Assembly: GCA_051439505.1 (NCBI GenBank)
Contig: JBFRWI010000214.1
Location: forward strand, 1 to 45,142
Length of the DNA stretch: 45,142 bases
From: Hormoscilla sp.
GTDB taxonomy: Bacteria > Cyanobacteriota > Cyanobacteriia > Cyanobacteriales > Desertifilaceae
Direction of reading: 5' to 3'
The notes under the pieces are model-generated. The model was not told where the DNA came from. It saw only the letters and a list, made by a program, of their open reading frames with translations, and did not search any database. The translations under genes were made by a program, and so were the position numbers. Positions 40,576 through 45,142 of this stretch are shown here, one piece after another (the stretch's first letter is position 1; the number at the start of each line of letters is the position of its first letter).

Positions 40576-40915
40576 TGTTTGTAGCTCCTTTATCTGGAAA
40601 CAGGGTAATAAATTTCGTTTGTCCTAACTCTGACTCGATCATCCAAATAGTAATCACTTGCAGACTCATCCCATTGGGACCAGTTAAGGTTCCTCTGATT
40701 CTATACTTATCACCATAGCGCGTCTGTTCGATTAATGTCGCATCTAATGGCAAAATTTGCTCCCTCAAATCCCTTTCTAGTTGCTGCCAGTTCTCTTGAT
40801 AATAGCCTGCTCGTGCCAGAAACAGTGATTTATCATCCTTGGGAATGTATTTTAGCAGATACTGGGTAATTTTTGCTTCCGCAATTATGGTATTAGCAGA
40901 TAGTTTCACCTGCAT
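40556..40915 (-). CDS. DUF6883-like protein (putative toxin)
   Basis: KITQYLL...DKSLFL..AGY...YGDKY...LTGPNG...TIW...KFITLFP pattern; overlaps the DUF4926 gene. Confidence 0.8.
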   Translation of the reverse strand: MQVKLSANTIIAEAKITQYLLKYIPKDDKSLFLARAGYYQENWQQLERDLREQILPLDATLIEQTRYGDKYRIRGTLTGPNGMSLQVITIWMIESELGQTKFITLFPDKGATNNGFRNV

Positions 40916-41007
40916 CTTCCGATAACTTTAGCTTCCATCGCTAATTCTACCTTCACGTTGTTAAGGTGAACACCCCCTCACGCCCCCTCACGCGCTGTAG
41001 GACACCA

Positions 41008-41067
41008 GTAGGGGCACGGCATCCGAAAATTATCGGTTGATTGCAAATTTTCCTGTCGCCGTGCCCC
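41008..41067 (+). repeat. Array repeat, forward copy
   Basis: 57 of 60 bases identical to 40178-40237. Confidence 0.92.
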
Positions 41068-41120
41068 GGCTATTTATGAGCGATCGCATAAAGGATGAAA
41101 GTGCGATCGCGCCAGCATAG

Positions 41121-41477
41121 CTATTCGGAGTATTTGACGCCAACGGGTTCACCTTCTATCAATCTGAACAAAGACTCTTCGCTATCAACCTCTATCTGGG
41201 AATAAGTAATTTCTGTACCATCATCGGGTATCTCTTCTGGATCTGAGCAGGTAATTAGTTTTCTAATCCCCCCATATGCTAAACTTGCTGGGCGGTCTTC
41301 CCACTTAAAATCATCCGAATTTATTTCATCTTCTTTTGCCCGCTTTGCCGCCCGTTCAAATGCTTCTTCATCTGAGCTTCCTTTGATTAAAATTACATTT
41401 TCCCAAACTGGATATTTATCTTGCTCTCCCTCCTTGAATTTTACATACATTATTGCGTGTGCTGCATACCATACCAT
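41121..41477 (-). CDS. DUF4288-like protein (putative immunity protein)
   Basis: WYAAHAIMY...WENVILIKGSSDEEAFERA...DGTEIT pattern; acidic; GAGGAGG RBS. Confidence 0.8.
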   Translation of the reverse strand: MVWYAAHAIMYVKFKEGEQDKYPVWENVILIKGSSDEEAFERAAKRAKEDEINSDDFKWEDRPASLAYGGIRKLITCSDPEEIPDDGTEITYSQIEVDSEESLFRLIEGEPVGVKYSE

Positions 41478-41515
41478 GTTTCACCTCCTCTTTACTCTGT
41501 AGCATTTCCTAATAG

Positions 41516-41953
41516 CTAACTACTTGAGTCTCTATTGACTCTTTTTTGTTTGTTCCGGCAACCTAAAAACTTCTCTGCTTGTTGCATTGCTTTAATCAGT
41601 TCTCGATCGCGTTCATCTTTCGGTTTAGCTTTTTCTTGACTCAATCGTTCGGCAATTATCTCACAGGGTTCTCTTCCAGTTAACTGCGCTTCCTCTTTAA
41701 CTGACTCTGTAACAAAATTACTTCCCTTTTGTCTTGACTTGCTAAAGAAAATAAAACCTCCAATTGCTGCAACACCTATAACGCAAGCGCTAATAATATC
41801 GCCATTTGGTAAAGTCCGATCGGTTAATGAAGCACCAGCTGCAATTGGTAATACCTCACTTACGGCATCCTTATCTCTCGCTGCAACCAGAAGGTTTACC
41901 TCGTTCCATTCTAACTCGCCTACGGCACTTGTAGCTATCTCAGTCTTTGGCAT
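41516..41953 (-). CDS. Hypothetical protein resembling a polymorphic-toxin C-terminal domain
   Basis: A hydrophobic hairpin (IISACVIGVAAIGGFIFFSK) followed by a basic helical tail PCEII...AEKFLGCRNKQKR; lies upstream of an acidic partner. Confidence 0.65.
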   Translation of the reverse strand: MPKTEIATSAVGELEWNEVNLLVAARDKDAVSEVLPIAAGASLTDRTLPNGDIISACVIGVAAIGGFIFFSKSRQKGSNFVTESVKEEAQLTGREPCEIIAERLSQEKAKPKDERDRELIKAMQQAEKFLGCRNKQKRVNRDSSS

Positions 41954-42044
41954 AGTTCTTTACTCAGACTCCTTATTTCATTATCAAACAGTTTTCCTGC
42001 TGCCCGATCGCCCCCCCCGATCGCATCCCGATCGCATTTTTCCA

Positions 42045-42102
42045 GTGTACGGCAGAGCGTGACATTTTCCTATGAACCGAAACCTCTCGTGCTGCCGTAC
42101 AC
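42045..42102 (-). repeat. Array repeat, inverted copy with a compensated stem
   Basis: GTGTACGGCAG...CTGCCGTACAC stem. The flank ACAACCGGTATTCTATT is shared with the 39544 copy. Confidence 0.8.
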
Positions 42103-42144
42103 AACCGGTATTCTATTCTACCTTATTTTTGGCCACGGAGGCCA

Positions 42145-42345
42145 TTACGATCGTCCTAACCGCCGCTTTACCTCTTCTAATGTAACCGTTGGCAATTGAC
42201 TTTCTGACTGCTTAGCTTCTCGCAGATCTCTAAGGTCTTCTAGATCGGCAAGCAACTCTTCTATACGGACGAATTCCTCGTAGGGCAAGACCGCAAATTC
42301 TTTCTTACCATTCTTGCTTAAAAACTCTGGATGTAGTGAGATCAT
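42145..42345 (-). CDS. Putative type II antitoxin (Phd/YefM-like)
   Basis: KNGKKEFAVLPYEEF...LEDLRDLREAK...TLEEVK pattern; downstream of a RelE gene. Confidence 0.8.
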   Translation of the reverse strand: MISLHPEFLSKNGKKEFAVLPYEEFVRIEELLADLEDLRDLREAKQSESQLPTVTLEEVKRRLGRS

Positions 42346-42360
42346 CTTCTCTTCCTCTTC

Positions 42361-42609
42361 TCAAGAATAAGCTTGGCTGCGATGTTTGATGCGGTAAATT
42401 ACTACCACATCCTCTTCTATTTCAAATAATACGCAGTAGTCTCCTACTCTCAACCTATATTCAGGTGTAAAGTTTGTCAACCGCTTCACGTCCCCTGCTA
42501 AGTTATCCTTTAGCCCTTCTATTTTAGCCAAAACTCTGCTGATGTTCTCGGTGCTAAGAGACTCTAAATCTTTAATGGCCCTGGGTTTAAAATCAACTGT
42601 ATATTCCAC
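42361..42609 (-). CDS. RelE/ParE family toxin
   Basis: GTG start after GGAGG; RAIKDL...DVKRL...YRLRVGDYCVLFEI...IKHRSQAY. Confidence 0.9.
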   Translation of the reverse strand: MEYTVDFKPRAIKDLESLSTENISRVLAKIEGLKDNLAGDVKRLTNFTPEYRLRVGDYCVLFEIEEDVVVIYRIKHRSQAYS

Positions 42610-42771
42610 TTGCCCTCCAATAATTCAGCAGTATAATGCATTCTGTGTACGCTACCCTAAGATCATTTTATTCTACATTATAACTTAACCAGAGCTACTG
42701 AGCACCGTTATAAAATTATGCCCGATCGCCCGCCCGATCGCCCCTTTGCCGCCTTAATCACCCTGTAGGAC

Positions 42772-42830
42772 GTAGGGGCACGGCATCAGAAAATTGTCGG
42801 TTGATTGCAATGTTACTGTCGCCGTGCCCC
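42772..42830 (+). repeat. Array repeat, forward copy
   Basis: GTAGGGGCACGGCATCAGAAAATTGTCGG...GCCGTGCCCC. The upstream flank is shared with the 40178 copy. Confidence 0.9.
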
Positions 42831-43020
42831 GGCTGTTTATTCCCGATCGCATCCCCGATGACAGCCCGATCGCCTTCCCCCTCGCGCCTTCGGACCACGT
42901 CACCCAGGGCCCCGCAGTGGCCAGTTCCGCCACTACTTTTATCTTTTCGCTCCGGGATGCTATGGGAGATTTGTTATGCTATACTATCACACAGGTCACC
43001 TAGTTGCTGAAACTCACTCC

Positions 43021-43473
43021 ATGAAGATTTATTTAGATACTAGCGCATTGAATAGAATCTTTGATGACCAATCTCAGGGGAGAATCTATCTAGAGTCTGT
43101 GTCAATGGAGCTGATCTTCTTATTGATTGTCAATCAAACTGTGTCAATTGTATCCTCAGAGGCTCTCAATTTTGAAACTGATAATAATCCTTATAGCGAG
43201 CGGCGAATATTTATCGAAAAAGTGCTAAAAAATGCGAGTAATTTTCAAATCTTGAATGTCGAAATTTTAGCCAGGGCTGAGGAGATAGAAACCACGATGA
43301 ATATTAATGGAATGGACTCCCTGCATTTAGCCTGTGCGGAAAATATGAGGGTTGATTATTTTATTACTTGTGACGATCGCATGATAAAAAGGTATCGGGG
43401 AGATATGATTGTCATAAATCCCACTGCATTTGCTAATGATGCTATTAACACAGGAGGCGAAAATGACAAGTAA
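43021..43473 (+). CDS. PIN domain (VapC-like) toxin
   Basis: MKIYLDTS..NR.FDDQSQ, DSLHLACA and DYFITCDD motifs. Confidence 0.9.
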   Translation: MKIYLDTSALNRIFDDQSQGRIYLESVSMELIFLLIVNQTVSIVSSEALNFETDNNPYSERRIFIEKVLKNASNFQILNVEILARAEEIETTMNINGMDSLHLACAENMRVDYFITCDDRMIKRYRGDMIVINPTAFANDAINTGGENDK

Positions 43474-43675
43474 ATTGGTTGTTCCGAAAATGGAGTCTAT
43501 TAGGATTGAAGGTATGAAAGCAATTATCGATCGATTGGGAATTGCTCAAGCGGCTTTCTTTTTCCGTGCTAATCTTTCCCAAGAGGTGGATTATTTACAA
43601 GTAAAATCGGAGATGTTTGGCAATAAATCTGCTAGGGGACTTTATGGAGAGATTAAAAACCATAGTTCGGTGTAA
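43463..43675 (+). CDS. Small putative antitoxin partner of the PIN protein
   Basis: AGGAGG RBS, ATG 43463 overlapping the PIN gene end, 70 aa with ..LGIAQAAFF...DYL pattern. Confidence 0.75.
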   Translation: MTSKLVVPKMESIRIEGMKAIIDRLGIAQAAFFFRANLSQEVDYLQVKSEMFGNKSARGLYGEIKNHSSV

Positions 43676-43773
43676 TAGCAGCTTGAGAATGTGAGCGATC
43701 TCCCGTTATCGCCGCTGCACCCGCTCGCCCCCTCCCCCCCCGCTCGCCCCCCCGATCGCGCTGTGGGACACCG

Positions 43774-43833
43774 GTAGGGGCACGGCATCCGAAAATTATC
43801 GGTTTATTGCAAATGTTACTGTCGCCGTGCCCC
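43774..43833 (+). repeat. Array repeat, forward copy
   Basis: Identical 60-mer to 40178-40237. Confidence 0.92.
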
Positions 43834-43878
43834 GGCTGAAAATGAGCGATCGCATCCCCATGAAAGCCCGATCGCATG

Positions 43879-44027
43879 GGGTGTGGTCATGCATCAGTTG
43901 GTACGGTGAGACCTCCCGTGGGGGGCAGAAACCGGGTTTGGACGTCAATAGCTGGTTATTGCCTCTGTATCGATCAAAGAAACCCGGTTTCTTGTCTGTT
44001 GGCTATCAACCACTTGTGACCACACCC
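43879..44027. mobile_element. Divergent GGGTGTGGTCA MITE carrying an AGAAACCGGGTTT/AAACCCGGTTTCT REP
   Basis: 11-bp TIRs; subterminal CAGTTGGTACGG shared with the 11609 copy; flanks GATCGCATG/GATCGCCCG (7 of 9 match). Confidence 0.75.
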
Positions 44028-44169
44028 GATCGCCCGCCCGATCGCAGCTAGCACCGGCCCATGTAGCGGATGAAGATACTGGCGCCGCTGCATGTAGCCC
44101 GATCTCAGAAAATCGGTTATAATCATATTTGTAAGCAATAAATCATGGCGCTTTGTTGCGCTTTGACCT

Positions 44170-44424
44170 ATGGAAATAGCAAATAAAGACAATTGGGGCT
44201 CGCGCATTACCACCGACCCCCAAATTATGTCCGGACGCCCCTGCATTCGCGGCATGAGAATTACCGTATCCTTAGTTCTGAGTTTGGTGGCTTCGGAGAT
44301 GACAACCTCAGAGATTCTTGAGGCTTATCCCTATTTGGAAGCAGAGGATATTAAAGCCAGCCTTCAGTATGCTGCATTTTTGGCACAGTCGCCAATAAGT
44401 CCTTTTAGCGGGGTTAGTGCATGA
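44170..44424 (+). CDS. DUF433 domain antitoxin
   Basis: RITTDPQIMSGRPCIRGMRITV...EILEAYPYLEAEDI...YAA. Confidence 0.92.
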   Translation: MEIANKDNWGSRITTDPQIMSGRPCIRGMRITVSLVLSLVASEMTTSEILEAYPYLEAEDIKASLQYAAFLAQSPISPFSGVSA

Positions 44425-44783
44425 AGTTTCTTGCAGATATGGGTGTTTCTCCCTTGACTGTTCAAGCACTCAGACAAGAAGGATACGATGCAGTCCATCT
44501 ATACGAGCAAGGGTTGTATCGCCTTCCGGATCCGGAAATTATGGAGAAGGCTAGACTAGAGGAGCGAATTGTTTTAACCTTCGATCTAGATTTTGGCGAA
44601 CTATTGGCGATAAGTACTGCAAATCTACCCAGTGTGATTATTTTTAGATTATCCACTACTGTACCGGATTTTGTTACTGCGAGATTGCTGTCTATTATTT
44701 TAGAGTGCGGTGCTGATTTGGAGCGCGGGGCAATTGTGACAGTAGAAAATGCTCGATACCGACTGCGACAATTGCCAATATGA
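44421..44783 (+). CDS. DUF5615 PIN-like toxin
   Basis: MKFLADMGVS...GYDAVH...D.EI...RIVLTFDLDFGEL; ATGA overlap. Confidence 0.92.
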   Translation: MKFLADMGVSPLTVQALRQEGYDAVHLYEQGLYRLPDPEIMEKARLEERIVLTFDLDFGELLAISTANLPSVIIFRLSTTVPDFVTARLLSIILECGADLERGAIVTVENARYRLRQLPI

Positions 44784-44860
44784 AGGCGATCGCCCCCTCC
44801 CCGATCGCCCGATCGCCCCTTCCCCGATCGCCCCTTCCCCGATCGCGCCAGAGGACACCG

Positions 44861-44945
44861 GTAGGGGCACGGCATCCGAAAATTATCGGCGGTCCCTGAG
44901 CGTGAGCCGAAGGGTTTATTGCAAATCTTACTGTCGCCGTGCCCC
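44861..44945 (+). repeat. Array repeat, forward copy with a 25-bp insertion in the loop
   Basis: Insertion CGGTCCCTGAGCGTGAGCCGAAGGG at 44890-44914. Confidence 0.9.
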
Positions 44946-45085
44946 GGCTGAAAATGAGCGATCGCATCCCCATGAAAGCCCGATCGCATCCCCGGTCCTT
45001 AGTTGACCTGTGAAACCGGGTTTCTTTTAGGACAATACTAATGCCTGACGAGAAACCCGGTTTCTGAGAATACTTGACGGATGTC

Positions 45086-45142
45086 CTAGATCTCAACGAC
45101 AACGCCATCGATAATGGTCAGATTATCCGCCAAGATTGTACC
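45086..45142 (-). CDS. Possible 3' end of a gene continuing beyond the window
   Basis: The minus frame reads GTILADNLTIIDGVVVEI*, which is too short to identify. Confidence 0.35.
   Translation of the reverse strand, partial: GTILADNLTIIDGVVVEI

Noticed and set aside
39522..44989. Classical integron with attC sites
   Set aside because: There is no intI gene, the repeats lack recognisable RYYYAAC/GTTRRRY ends, and they occur in both orientations. Reported only as an analogous architecture.
43653..45108. ORFs 43653-43877, 43827-44051, 44462-44989, 44695-45108 and 44749-45006
   Set aside because: They are translations of the repeat elements or antisense to TA genes. Their shared peptides simply reflect the DNA repeat.

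Overview
45-kb chromosomal window from a cyanobacterium, as shown by dense HIP1 GCGATCGC sites, ctpA divergent from petB-petD, pentapeptide-repeat proteins and heptamer STRR-type repeats; it is probably a filamentous species. Housekeeping and signalling genes include murF, mutL, a cysteine desulfurase, ilvD, ctpA, petBD, ruvB, a gmd-like dehydratase, a GT4 glycosyltransferase, a Ser/Thr kinase, two histidine kinases, a REC-GGDEF-EAL protein and a PEP-CTERM surface protein. They are interleaved with many REP-like hairpins, MITEs and several pseudogenes. The most notable observations are: (1) a ~5.7-kb array (39268-44989) of a truncated Uma2 gene plus six toxin-antitoxin or toxin-immunity-like gene pairs, with a copy of the same ~60-bp GTAG-headed, HIP1-flanked hairpin in every inter-module gap, resembling a cassette array without a visible integrase; (2) a MITE family with GGGTGTGGTCAAAA ends and 9-bp target duplications whose copies each carry a different REP hairpin inside; (3) a c-di-AMP (ydaO-type) riboswitch with its own promoter upstream of an unknown small membrane protein; (4) a composite non-coding structure (direct repeat / inverted repeat / 12x22-bp array / inverted repeat / direct repeat) upstream of the PEP-CTERM gene. 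All family assignments come from motif recognition by eye, and no database searches were run.
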